Position numbers and translations under genes: made by a program | The notes under the pieces: model-generated | Told to the model about the DNA's origin: nothing | Seen by the model: the letters and a program-made list of their open reading frames with translations, nothing else | Databases searched by the model: none | In this document: positions 20,590 through 28,867 of the stretch, piece after piece | Numbering within the stretch: the stretch's first letter is position 1 | Layout of the letters: every line of letters begins with the position of its first letter | Source: a virus | Reading direction: 5' to 3' (one strand) | DNA: 64,000 nucleotides | IMG/VR virus record: IMGVR_UViG_3300025154_000063 | Span: 24,994 to 88,993 of that record

Positions 20590-20662
20590 AGCCGCAGGTC
20601 AGAACTGCCCTGACAACCATCCGCTTACAAGGCGGGCGCTCTACTAATTGAGCTACAACGGC
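20590..20662 (-). tRNA. tRNA-Thr(UGU)
   Basis: CCGC-CTTGTAA-GCGG. Confidence 0.8.
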
Positions 20663-20856
20663 ATATTAACTTCTTCTACTTCTGAGAGGTCAATTATATT
20701 CTCGTGGTTAATTGCACCCCAACGAAAGTAATCGTGACCACCATCAACAAACACTTCGCCACACTTACAGCTTACCCAATCATGCCTATAATGACTTTCA
20801 ATGACATCACTACACAGCTTGCACTGCACCCTGTTATGAATAATATTTGTCGTCAT
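20653..20856 (-). CDS. Small zinc-binding phage protein (DUF7695-like)
   Basis: CKLCSDVIES..RHDWVSCKCG..FVDGG; GGAGG RBS. Confidence 0.65.
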   Translation of the reverse strand: MTTNIIHNRVQCKLCSDVIESHYRHDWVSCKCGEVFVDGGHDYFRWGAINHENIIDLSEVEEVNMPL

Positions 20857-20883
20857 ATTGCCTCCTGTGTTGATAAATAAAGG

Positions 20884-20955
20884 TCGAGGAAAGTGGAGTT
20901 GCACCACCATTTTCTCGCTTCCAAAGCGAGGCTCTTGCTTTTAGAGGACTCCTCG
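20884..20955 (-). tRNA. tRNA-Pro(UGG)
   Basis: CTCGC-TTTGGAA-GCGAG. Confidence 0.85.
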
Positions 20956-21009
20956 ATAGGGGGGTATTATCCCGCCAACCACATAGTGGACGGAGGTACA
21001 ACACCCAAG

Positions 21010-21082
21010 AGTTCGGTGTGGGAGTCGAACCCACCAATTACCCTTTTGCAGAGGGCAGCCTAAGCCGCTTGGCATACCGAGC
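21010..21082 (-). tRNA. tRNA-Cys(GCA)
   Basis: GCCCT-CTGCAAA-AGGGT; U73. Confidence 0.9.
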
Positions 21083-21088
21083 ATACTG

Positions 21089-21160
21089 TGCCACCGACTG
21101 GTATCGAGCCAGTCTGGCCTGCTTTTCAGACAGGAGCTAATCCGTCTCAGCTACAGTGGC
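21089..21160 (-). tRNA. tRNA-Phe(GAA)
   Basis: CCTGT-CTGAAAA-GCAGG. Confidence 0.85.
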
Positions 21161-21170
21161 ATATTATTAA

Positions 21171-21471
21171 AGAGGTATCCGAAGCACGGGTAATACCCTC
21201 TTTGTCGTGGTCTTTTACACCACATGCTCGACTTTTCATTTAGAACCATTCCAACGCTGGTAAACTGCTGGCTGACTAGAGGTTAGGTGAATTGCGTGTC
21301 ATGCTCACACCTGTCGTACCTTATTGGACTCCATACAATAAAGTAGTTGCCTTTGTGTCCTTACAGTTTTTAGAGACTACCCTTTTCTGACACTCACCCT
21401 TTCGGGAAGTTGGATGATTCTTAGAACCCATTAGTAGTGGATTCTACGAACAGAGCTGTGCCTAGTGAACA
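21171..21471 (-). ncRNA. ~300-nt structured RNA (element B) whose 5' segment matches 11145-11188
   Basis: AGAATCAT-CCAAC/GTTGG-A-ATGGTTCT long-range stem, CCC-GAAA-GGG, TACTTTATTG/CAATAAGGTA, GTGGT-GTAAAAG-ACCAC; flanked by tRNAs. Confidence 0.7.
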
Positions 21472-21474
21472 AGG

Positions 21475-21561
21475 CGGAGCAGGAGAGAGTCGAACTCCCA
21501 ATGCCTTTAACAGCGAATTCGTTTTCAAGACGGGTTTCGTCACCATTCGATTTGCTGCTCC
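21475..21561 (-). tRNA. tRNA-Ser(UGA)
   Basis: GGAGCAG/CTGCTCC; loop CTTGAAA; long variable arm. Confidence 0.8.
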
Positions 21562-21571
21562 GTATTTATAT

Positions 21572-21655
21572 CCTGAGACTCCCGCTTCTCCACTCAGGTT
21601 TGCACCATGCACAGGCTGTATCATCCGTGCTATTATAGCCATTGCTGTGATGCAG
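21572..21655 (-). ncRNA. Small structured spacer RNA
   Basis: CTGCATCA/TGATACAG, GCTA-TAA-TAGC, CCTGAG/CTCAGG. Confidence 0.4.
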
Positions 21656-21691
21656 TTTTATTTTATATAGCGTCTATCTAAACTAATACAG

Positions 21692-21778
21692 AGGAGAAGA
21701 AAGGATTTGAACCTTCGGGGGATTTCTCCCCTCCCGCTTTCTAGGCGGGTGCATTAAGCCAGACTCTGCCACCTCTCC
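21692..21778 (-). tRNA. tRNA-Ser(AGA)
   Basis: CCCGC-CTAGAAA-GCGGG; Ser-type D arm and long variable arm. Confidence 0.85.
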
Positions 21779-21789
21779 GAATTACCAAA

Positions 21790-21912
21790 TGGCCTTGCGG
21801 GAGTCAAACCCGCCTTCCGATTAGCCGCATTATCGTTGTACTAGTAAGCGTGCACACTCGCTAGCCTTACGAAGTCAGCAGGGTCTCAGTGTGCTTCGTA
21901 CACTAAACGCCC
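21790..21912 (-). ncRNA. tRNA body with ~60-nt insert in the anticodon loop (element F)
   Basis: D arm GTGT-ACGAA-GCAC; T arm GCGGG-TTTGACT-CCCGC; imperfect acceptor; CTGA/TCGG stem enclosing the insert. Confidence 0.6.
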
Positions 21913-21928
21913 ATGTGAAACTTACAGG

Positions 21929-22013
21929 CTGAGAATAAGGGAATTGAACCCCTGCGTCCTTGCGGGCGACTACGGTTTAGCAAACCGTTGCATTACCTCT
22001 CTGCCAATTCTCA
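21929..22013 (-). tRNA. tRNA-Ser(GCU)
   Basis: ACGGT-TTGCTAA-ACCGT; long variable arm. Confidence 0.9.
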
Positions 22014-22016
22014 AAG

Positions 22017-22067
22017 CTGGGTGGAGGGAGTCCCACCCTCTGCTGCCGTGTTACAAGACACCACCCA
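22017..22067 (-). ncRNA. ~50-nt mini tRNA-like RNA lacking a D arm
   Basis: TGGGTG/CACCCA, GTGT-CTTGTA-ACAC, GAGGG-TGGGACT-CCCTC. Confidence 0.5.
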
Positions 22068-22072
22068 TAAGG

Positions 22073-22146
22073 TGCTTAACCTCTGATTCGAACAGAGAAC
22101 CTTCCGTGTATCAGACGGGTGCGCTGACCAATTGCGCCAGTCAAGC
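22073..22146 (-). tRNA. tRNA-Ile(GAU)
   Basis: CCGT-CTGATAC-ACGG. Confidence 0.85.
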
Positions 22147-22160
22147 ATTTTTATTACAAG

Positions 22161-22233
22161 TGCCCATAGAAGGACTCGCACCCTCAACCCTCTGTGTGTA
22201 GGACAGACGCTCTAACTGTTGAGCTATATAGGC
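22161..22233 (-). tRNA. tRNA-Val(UAC)
   Basis: TCTGT-CCTACAC-ACAGA (C33). Confidence 0.85.
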
Positions 22234-22239
22234 ATAATA

Positions 22240-22320
22240 CTCAGTTCCTGACCTATTAGATGAAGACCCATTTGTGCTGTTCCTGCACGAGCCTACGGGA
22301 GTCGAACCCGCATTACTGAG
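22240..22320 (-). ncRNA. Circularly permuted, anticodon-less tRNA-like RNA
   Basis: CTCAG-TAAT-GCGGG TTCGACT CCCGT-AGGCTCG-[17-nt loop]-TGGGTCT-TC-ATCT AATAGGTC AGGA-A-CTGAG. Confidence 0.8.
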
Positions 22321-22323
22321 GTG

Positions 22324-22396
22324 AGCCAAAGGTGGGAGTCGAACCCACAGCTGCTTACTTACCAAGTAAGAATTCTACCACATGAATTTCTTCGGC
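22324..22396 (-). tRNA. tRNA-Thr(GGU)
   Basis: CTTAC-TTGGTAA-GTAAG. Confidence 0.9.
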
Positions 22397-22407
22397 TTAT
22401 TATAAGG

Positions 22408-22481
22408 TCAGGTAGGTGGGACGTGCGCCCACTTTCTCCGGTTCACAGCCGGCCACATTACTACTTATGCTACTACCATGA
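22408..22481 (-). tRNA. tRNA-His(GUG), irregular acceptor
   Basis: CCGG-CTGTGAA-CCGG; no evident G-1:C73. Confidence 0.7.
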
Positions 22482-22517
22482 TGGGGTACAAACTTGTACT
22501 GAATTAACTATACATTA

Positions 22518-22546
22518 ATTATACACTATTATAAAGCTTTTGTCAA
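22518..22546 (-). promoter_or_regulatory. sigma70 promoter at the head of the tRNA array
   Basis: TTGACA-17-TATAATTAATG. Confidence 0.85.
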
Positions 22547-22665
22547 GTACCAATTTTACAGGATTAAATCGGCGACTACTACAATCATTTTGTTTATATT
22601 ATTGTAATGGCTCACAGAAATTAATCCATGAGCCACTAATAATATATTGGTTAATTAAATATCTG

Positions 22666-23562
22666 TTAACCTTTAAGGATAAGTGGGCCGTCAGCCGGCT
22701 TCTGATGAAGTGCTTTCAGCACAATCTCCCTATTATTAATATCCCTATTCTCCACAGACATTTCTTCAATACGGGCTCTTACGTTTGACCAACCATACGT
22801 GCGCTCACGAAAGAAATATATGTCTTCCGCCTTGTTACAAATAGCCGACAGTAATGGCTTAGTGTTATAACTAGCACAGTGCTCGAACGGCGACATGTGA
22901 TTATCTTTCTTAAGACGCTTAGTTAAAGCAACTGCCTTCTCTTTATCGTTCCCTTCGCTACCAAGTGACAAGCGAGCTATGCGACCCACGGCAACGAAGT
23001 AGTCTTCTCCGTCCTCTGCCAGCGGGTAGTGATTAAAGTTAACATCCCATTTGATTCCTTTTATCTGCTCCCGCATCATATGTGCCACCCTCTGCATGGC
23101 TGTGTCGGCTTGCAGCGAGTCTCGAAGCATGAGCATCTTGCGCCAAGCATCCTCAGTACCAGTAAGCATTCCACGCATCATCTTAAATGTCGGTAAAACC
23201 CTATTGGCTTGTTCCCTACTTACTCCCAGAGCGGTAAGCTGCTCGACGGCTTTTACAGCGTGTGCCCATGCTGTCTCCCATATCTGCATAGCAATGGAAG
23301 AGTCATCAAGATTAAGCAAGTGTGAAACCCCCTCTTTATCTTTGTTCGTCCAGAATACTTGGGGGTTATAGTGCCCCATGGCAACATGCTTATTTGCACT
23401 CTGGTAACGGCTTGATGAGGCATTCCTAGCAAACCTCTTATGTGTTAATAGCTCCATCCAGATGTACGCAGGTACATCAAGTACCATGGAGATTAAACCA
23501 TTGGGAGCATTCTCAAACCCTCTGGTTGCTTTTACTACTGTTGCACTTATGTTCTCACTCAT
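22666..23562 (-). CDS. thyX: FAD-dependent thymidylate synthase (phage ThyX-like)
   Basis: ELLTHKRFARNASSSR, REQANRVLP, C-terminal HMSPFEH. Confidence 0.8.
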   Translation of the reverse strand: MSENISATVVKATRGFENAPNGLISMVLDVPAYIWMELLTHKRFARNASSSRYQSANKHVAMGHYNPQVFWTNKDKEGVSHLLNLDDSSIAMQIWETAWAHAVKAVEQLTALGVSREQANRVLPTFKMMRGMLTGTEDAWRKMLMLRDSLQADTAMQRVAHMMREQIKGIKWDVNFNHYPLAEDGEDYFVAVGRIARLSLGSEGNDKEKAVALTKRLKKDNHMSPFEHCASYNTKPLLSAICNKAEDIYFFRERTYGWSNVRARIEEMSVENRDINNREIVLKALHQKPADGPLILKG

Positions 23563-24917
23563 TTTATTACCCTTTCAACTGCTTGTTTCCAATTTTCCAC
23601 GGATATTGTAAAACCATGTCTCAGCCCGTAGAGTGATATAATTCTATCTGCCTCAACTATATTTAATTTTAACTTAAATATATCTGACTGTAAACATCTG
23701 GTGCAAACCCCATCTACCAAGACATCCCCCCATTCAGCATGTCCGCACTGTACACAGTCTTCTGGAACACAGGGCTCTAGTGCACTATAGCTACCAACTC
23801 TTTTAATGCTCACAGTTATCCCTCCCCAAACTTTTCCAGCCACTCACGGCTGTCTTTTCTCAAAGGCTCACTTGTCTCATCCGAACCATTTACAGTGCTA
23901 ATTATATCCTCTGCACCACTTCTAGCAGAACGTAAGTTACAATAAACATCTACAGCATCTTTCACAGCCTTATCTAAACCATGCTCTGCTTCATAGTGCC
24001 CACCATCACGGTGTACATATGCTAGTAGTATGGATAGCCTATCATGCAGTCTACTATTTTCTGCTTTCAATTCAGCAATTACAACAGCTGTAGCATAGTC
24101 ATTAACCCACTTATCATAGGCATCTTCACCGGAAATATTAGTAAGTATTGTTGCTTTATCTCGGTTAAGGTCGTAGAGAAGCCCTTCGGTAGGCTGCCTG
24201 ATAATATCTTTAACAGGCATTCCCATAAGACCTTCCATTCCCTGAAACACTACGTTGCCCTTTTTTTCTTCTTCCAAAACAATTTTCTTAAATTCTTCTG
24301 CTCTATTACTCATGCTGTCTCCTGTTAACTGCCAGCGTGGTTACTTGTTATCTGTTGGCTGGCACGTCGGCTTGTTTGCGTGGTTGCTTGTGCCCTGTGG
24401 GTGCTGAGGTGGTGATTAGACTAGATTTCCCGGCCCATTTAGGAAGTCTAATAAATTCGTGATAGCCGCTTGAGCAGCTGTGTTGTCCCCTTTAGCCCTA
24501 GCCTCACGTATTTTTCTTGCCATAAATACAGCAATACGATAACGAATAGAAACAGATTTAACTTTAAGAATATACAATAAAAGTGCCTCAAATAACTTAT
24601 TGTATAACCATAAAAATGGGGCTTTAATTCTATCTAACAGATTCATTTTTTAACTCCTCATCTATAGTATTAAGTAACTTTCCTAACTCACACACTGGGG
24701 TGTGACCAATCCTTGCAGAGTCCTTATATTTCCTACCCCTATCTCCACCACACACGGCGCACATAAATGTTATGGGTGGGACAACTACTACAGGCCACTC
24801 CATCTTATTATGTGCAAGCAAGTCCCGCAGTTGTCTAAGTAATTTATGACTACTGGACGGGACTGGCTTATGGATAATCTGCAGGGCTTCTTTAAACCAA
24901 GCAGGCTGTGTTATCAT
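23559..24917 (-). other. Four hypothetical genes
   Basis: ORFs 23559..23843, 23816..24313, 24416..24646, 24630..24917. Confidence 0.6.
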
Positions 24918-25987
24918 TTAAACTCACTACCACCTTTTCTAGCAAGATAGGCAGCACTAACACTCTTTAAAACTTTGCGACCAACCTTCCAATGATTAGT
25001 CTCATCAAGAGAACGAATAACAATACCCTCTCTCATTTGTTTGTGGTCAAAGTATGATTGCCCTTCTGTTAGCATATCAACCGTGTGCTGGTTGAATACA
25101 CCAATATACATTGTTGGCACAGTTGGAATGTTGTGTTTTAGTGAAAATTCCACAACCTTTTCCCAAGGTAGGTAAACACCATTTTCTTTAATATCAAAGA
25201 TAGCTACCTTGATGTCACTAAGACCATACTCTAGGTCTTGAATTCCTTTCCCGTAAACCTCTCCATAGACAATAACACCATTAGGGATTATTTCTTTGAA
25301 GTTATATTTATCTACTATCTTAGCATAAACATCCATTTCATAGTAGTTTCTTCCCCTGCCTGCCAACTGTACGTTGTGTGAACCATAACAAAACTCATAT
25401 TTCTTACCAAAGAGTAACTTAATTCTAGCAAGAACACGATACCACCAAGGCTGACCAGCATCAATTTCTATTGGCAACCAACCAGCACACCAGTTTGAAC
25501 CATGGATTTTTTCTGTTATTACAACGTGGTCATCTTCTGTAAATACATCAGGAAAATTTTTAATATTTTCCATTTCGAAGTACTTAGAAAAGTGAGGATT
25601 CATACGTTTTCTAGTAGCTCTAGGAGCACCTTGTATAGTACGTTCCGGCTGCACATACTTAGTAATTCCCATTACCTCAGCAACATCATCACCCTCTTTG
25701 TATTTTCCTTTTGGCACAGGCAATACTAGCCCTTGTGACAAGTATCCACGTAGACGAACAGTACCGGTTCTCTTATTACCTTTAAGATAAGTTAATTCGT
25801 GCTCATCTATTAGACTATCTGGGAGAACACAATCAGGTGGAATGAATACAACCAAGTCATCAACTTTGTAGCTATCTTTTTGGATGATACAATTCCAACC
25901 CTTTATAACAGCAATATCCAATCTATCAGCATTTGGATGTGGCTGTACATCTTTTACTTTACAAACTTCAACAATTAAACTTGACAT
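24914..25987 (-). CDS. ATP-dependent RNA ligase, DRB0094 family
   Basis: N-terminal HPNADRL OB fold, RLRGYLSQG, TEKIHG, YGEVYG, FDI, REGIV, LKSVS..YL. Confidence 0.9.
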   Translation of the reverse strand: MSSLIVEVCKVKDVQPHPNADRLDIAVIKGWNCIIQKDSYKVDDLVVFIPPDCVLPDSLIDEHELTYLKGNKRTGTVRLRGYLSQGLVLPVPKGKYKEGDDVAEVMGITKYVQPERTIQGAPRATRKRMNPHFSKYFEMENIKNFPDVFTEDDHVVITEKIHGSNWCAGWLPIEIDAGQPWWYRVLARIKLLFGKKYEFCYGSHNVQLAGRGRNYYEMDVYAKIVDKYNFKEIIPNGVIVYGEVYGKGIQDLEYGLSDIKVAIFDIKENGVYLPWEKVVEFSLKHNIPTVPTMYIGVFNQHTVDMLTEGQSYFDHKQMREGIVIRSLDETNHWKVGRKVLKSVSAAYLARKGGSEFK

Positions 25988-26298
25988 AATTCTCTCCTAT
26001 ATTAAACACACGGTTTTCTCTTGTTCCAAGTCAGCAGCCTCTGCTCCACCCAACCGAGAAGTCCTGCTCTGCAGAGTAGCACTAAACTATTACAGCTTAG
26101 TAACTTCTAGTTTAATGTGGTAAGACAGTTCATTAAACCCTGTTGTTGAATTAATAACAACAGTGCTGCCTTTAGACAAATGTTGATTTGAAAAAACCTG
26201 TTCCAACAAGTCCACACATTTTCCGGTTATAGTTTCCCTAACTGCAAGAAAGTCTTTTAAAGCACCCATATCTTTAATAATAAATTTTGTTCCCATGC

Positions 26299-26880
26299 TC
26301 ACTCCTCTAACATATTTGATTTTTTATCTAAAGAAAAACGGTGAAGGTTTTTATAAGAGATATTCAACGAGTCTTTTAAAAACTCTTTATTATTAATTGT
26401 GTCTATGTCACCTGCTTTCCACAACTTCACATGTGGGCTGGTTAGCCACTCATTTTTATTTATCCACCCACACAGCCACACATTACTAAGGTCAAGCACT
26501 GTTGATAAAAAAGCATAGTAATCAACCTTAAAGTCTGTCTGGTAGGAAAATACTGAGGCATCAAAATGTGGTTTAGGTGTTACACTACGAAGCTTACACT
26601 TGACATCTACAGTTACAATTTTTTCACCATTAAAAAGTGTCAGGTCATATAAACTGGTTTTTTTACCTGAGAAAGCTGCAGAGCTACCAAAGAATTTCTT
26701 AAACACATGTTCGCCTAGTATTCCTGCCAACCTAACTTCTCTGGTAGTGTATACTGTATTTCTATTTAAGGTTAGCATACTACCAGCGCTTTCAAACTTT
26801 TCAACTACCTCATCAATGTCTTCCTTAGTAGTCTTATATCTGATAAACCCATTTCCATCTACTGTGAATTGACTGTTCAA
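26299..26880 (-). CDS. PD-(D/E)xK-like nuclease
   Basis: GILGE...YDL...VDVK pattern. Confidence 0.5.
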   Translation of the reverse strand: MNSQFTVDGNGFIRYKTTKEDIDEVVEKFESAGSMLTLNRNTVYTTREVRLAGILGEHVFKKFFGSSAAFSGKKTSLYDLTLFNGEKIVTVDVKCKLRSVTPKPHFDASVFSYQTDFKVDYYAFLSTVLDLSNVWLCGWINKNEWLTSPHVKLWKAGDIDTINNKEFLKDSLNISYKNLHRFSLDKKSNMLEE

Positions 26881-26884
26881 TTAT

Positions 26885-27391
26885 TTACTCCTGAGATTGC
26901 AAACTCCTCATTCTTACTACAACATCATCATAGCTGAATGGGTAAAAATTATTTACATCCACACCAACATTCATACACTGACCATTTTTAATTACATAGT
27001 TATTGTGAATGTGCCCATACAAGTGCCAAGAACCTTTAAACTTACCATCCCAATCATATATAGGGTAATGACACATAATTATTTTCTGGTGGTTTACATT
27101 AAGCTTTGCATAACTTCCAAGTAGACTTTCTTCTGGCCACAGATTATGCTTATGGTCATGGTTTCCTCGGACAAACTTCTTCTTCCCCTTTAAAAGTTTA
27201 AGGTATGGAGTTGGGTCAACAAAACTAAAGTCTCCTAAAAAGAATACTGTGTCGTTGTCCTTAACAACAGAGTTAAACCTATCTATCATCTGGCTTTGCA
27301 TTTCCTCCAGAGAAGCGAATGGTCTGTTACAAATATTTATTATATTTGCGTGGTCAAAGTGTTGGTCTGATGTAAACCACATATTACTCAT
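26885..27391 (-). CDS. Calcineurin-like metallophosphoesterase
   Basis: DQH, LGD, GNHD, HYP, GHIH. Confidence 0.9.
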   Translation of the reverse strand: MSNMWFTSDQHFDHANIINICNRPFASLEEMQSQMIDRFNSVVKDNDTVFFLGDFSFVDPTPYLKLLKGKKKFVRGNHDHKHNLWPEESLLGSYAKLNVNHQKIIMCHYPIYDWDGKFKGSWHLYGHIHNNYVIKNGQCMNVGVDVNNFYPFSYDDVVVRMRSLQSQE

Positions 27392-27701
27392 TTTATACCT
27401 TCTTTCTTGTAACCTCCACATAATGTTCTGAGGCTAATTTTGCTTTTTCAGTAAGCTTAACTACTAGTTTTAAGCCACCCTTTTCTTTGTTTGATGCTAG
27501 AACACCAGACTGTTTTATGCACAGGTCTACAAACTCACGAGCTTCACCAATAGCAGTACCTTTCTTAAAGTCAAAAGCAAGTAAGATGTCTGCTCTTTCC
27601 TCGTCTGTCTCAGTGACTTTTAACGAACGCAATAGCTTTCTGTATGCTTCTGTATACTTACTCATTCTTCCCATAATATTCTCCTGTGATAATGTATATT
27701 A

Positions 27702-27730
27702 ATTATATCATAGTTATTGTTTTATTGCAA
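27702..27730 (-). promoter_or_regulatory. sigma70 promoter
   Basis: TTGCAA-17-TATAATTAAT. Confidence 0.7.
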
Positions 27731-28058
27731 GTATCTCTTATGTATCTCCACACCCGCAAGACGAACACCATCAACATTTTTGCCATCCATACGAAACACG
27801 TGCCAAAACCAGTCTTTAAAAGACCCGTAGTCATATAGAATTTTGTATCCAAACATATAGTTTGTGAGTAGCCACTCCCTTAGTATAAGTAAACGAGTTA
27901 CCACCTTTGGTGAGTTTGGTTCATACCATGCCCAATTCCAACCACACACCTTACATACAAACATGCCGTTTGAATATTTCCATAAAAAGTGACCATACCA
28001 CCAACAGATTAGGACGTGTTTTACCACGTCCAACCTGCTTCGTCCCATAATTAAACCA

Positions 28059-28532
28059 TTATTTTTTCTCATATTCTGGCCACTTTCCATCAGCCATTAA
28101 GTAACCGATGATACCATAGTTTGCCACATCCATAAATGTATCAACTACAGACTCATCCTTTACTAAAGGTTGAATGTTATTTCTTGTTAGATTTAGCATG
28201 CGTTCTATCTTATCATTAAGTCTGACAATAACACCAACTATCCAAGTTTTAGATAGATTAGCACTCCCATAGTCATGGTTCTTCTGTTTAAACAAACTAA
28301 ATATTTTTTGCATTCCACGGAGCATATGCTGTTCTAGCTGAATATTTCCAGATGTGCCATCAGCTAGCAATGCCCAGTCATCAGAAACTTTGGCAATGCT
28401 AATTAGTAACTCTTTGTTACTGATGTTTCTAACTATCTTTTTATACTTTATAAGAGCTATAAGGTCTATATAAATAAACCCCACCAGTAAAATGAAAAGA
28501 ACAATCGCAACTACTACCATTTTATCTATCAT
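28059..28532 (-). CDS. DUF1599-like nucleotide-modification-associated protein with N-terminal TM helix
   Basis: KNHDYG, RLNDKIER, DTFMDVANY. Confidence 0.7.
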   Translation of the reverse strand: MIDKMVVVAIVLFILLVGFIYIDLIALIKYKKIVRNISNKELLISIAKVSDDWALLADGTSGNIQLEQHMLRGMQKIFSLFKQKNHDYGSANLSKTWIVGVIVRLNDKIERMLNLTRNNIQPLVKDESVVDTFMDVANYGIIGYLMADGKWPEYEKK

Positions 28533-28867
28533 CGTTTGTCTCCACTTCCACCAAGCACACCCCGAATTTGTCTATCTGCCAACTTCTGTAAATTAAGTGC
28601 AGCAACAGCATTCAAAGGTATTCCCAAGTCTGTACACAGCTGTGACAGATACCAGAGAACGTCACCAATTTCCGAAGCTATTATATTAATTGCCTCTTGT
28701 GAATAAAAGTCGCCGTCGCTGTCCCTGATAATCTTCTTTATCTTTCCAGCAACTTCTCCAGCCTCATTTGTAAGACCGAGAGCTGTGTAGATTACTTTTG
28801 ATGATTCTGGATATATTGCAGTTTCGGCTGCAAGCCTTTGATATGTGTCAAACTCTATTCCCATCAA
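28529..28867 (-). CDS. MazG-like nucleotide pyrophosphohydrolase
   Basis: LGLTNEAGEV..KIKK, EIGDVLWY, NLQKL..R. Confidence 0.9.
   Translation of the reverse strand: MMGIEFDTYQRLAAETAIYPESSKVIYTALGLTNEAGEVAGKIKKIIRDSDGDFYSQEAINIIASEIGDVLWYLSQLCTDLGIPLNAVAALNLQKLADRQIRGVLGGSGDKR

Noticed and set aside
20961-21006. ~46-nt hairpin between tRNA-Cys and tRNA-Pro
   Set aside because: A single hairpin is too little to call a separate RNA
21692-21778. Amber-suppressor (CUA) tRNA or recoded genome
   Set aside because: The 7-nt loop CTAGAAA centres on AGA; TAG, TAA and TGA all end normal genes here
17898-22518. Short ORFs overlapping tRNA genes (e.g. 17898..18140, 19730..19954, 20834..21037, 21421..21642, 22141..22365)
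   Set aside because: They are read-throughs of tRNA sequence without RBS
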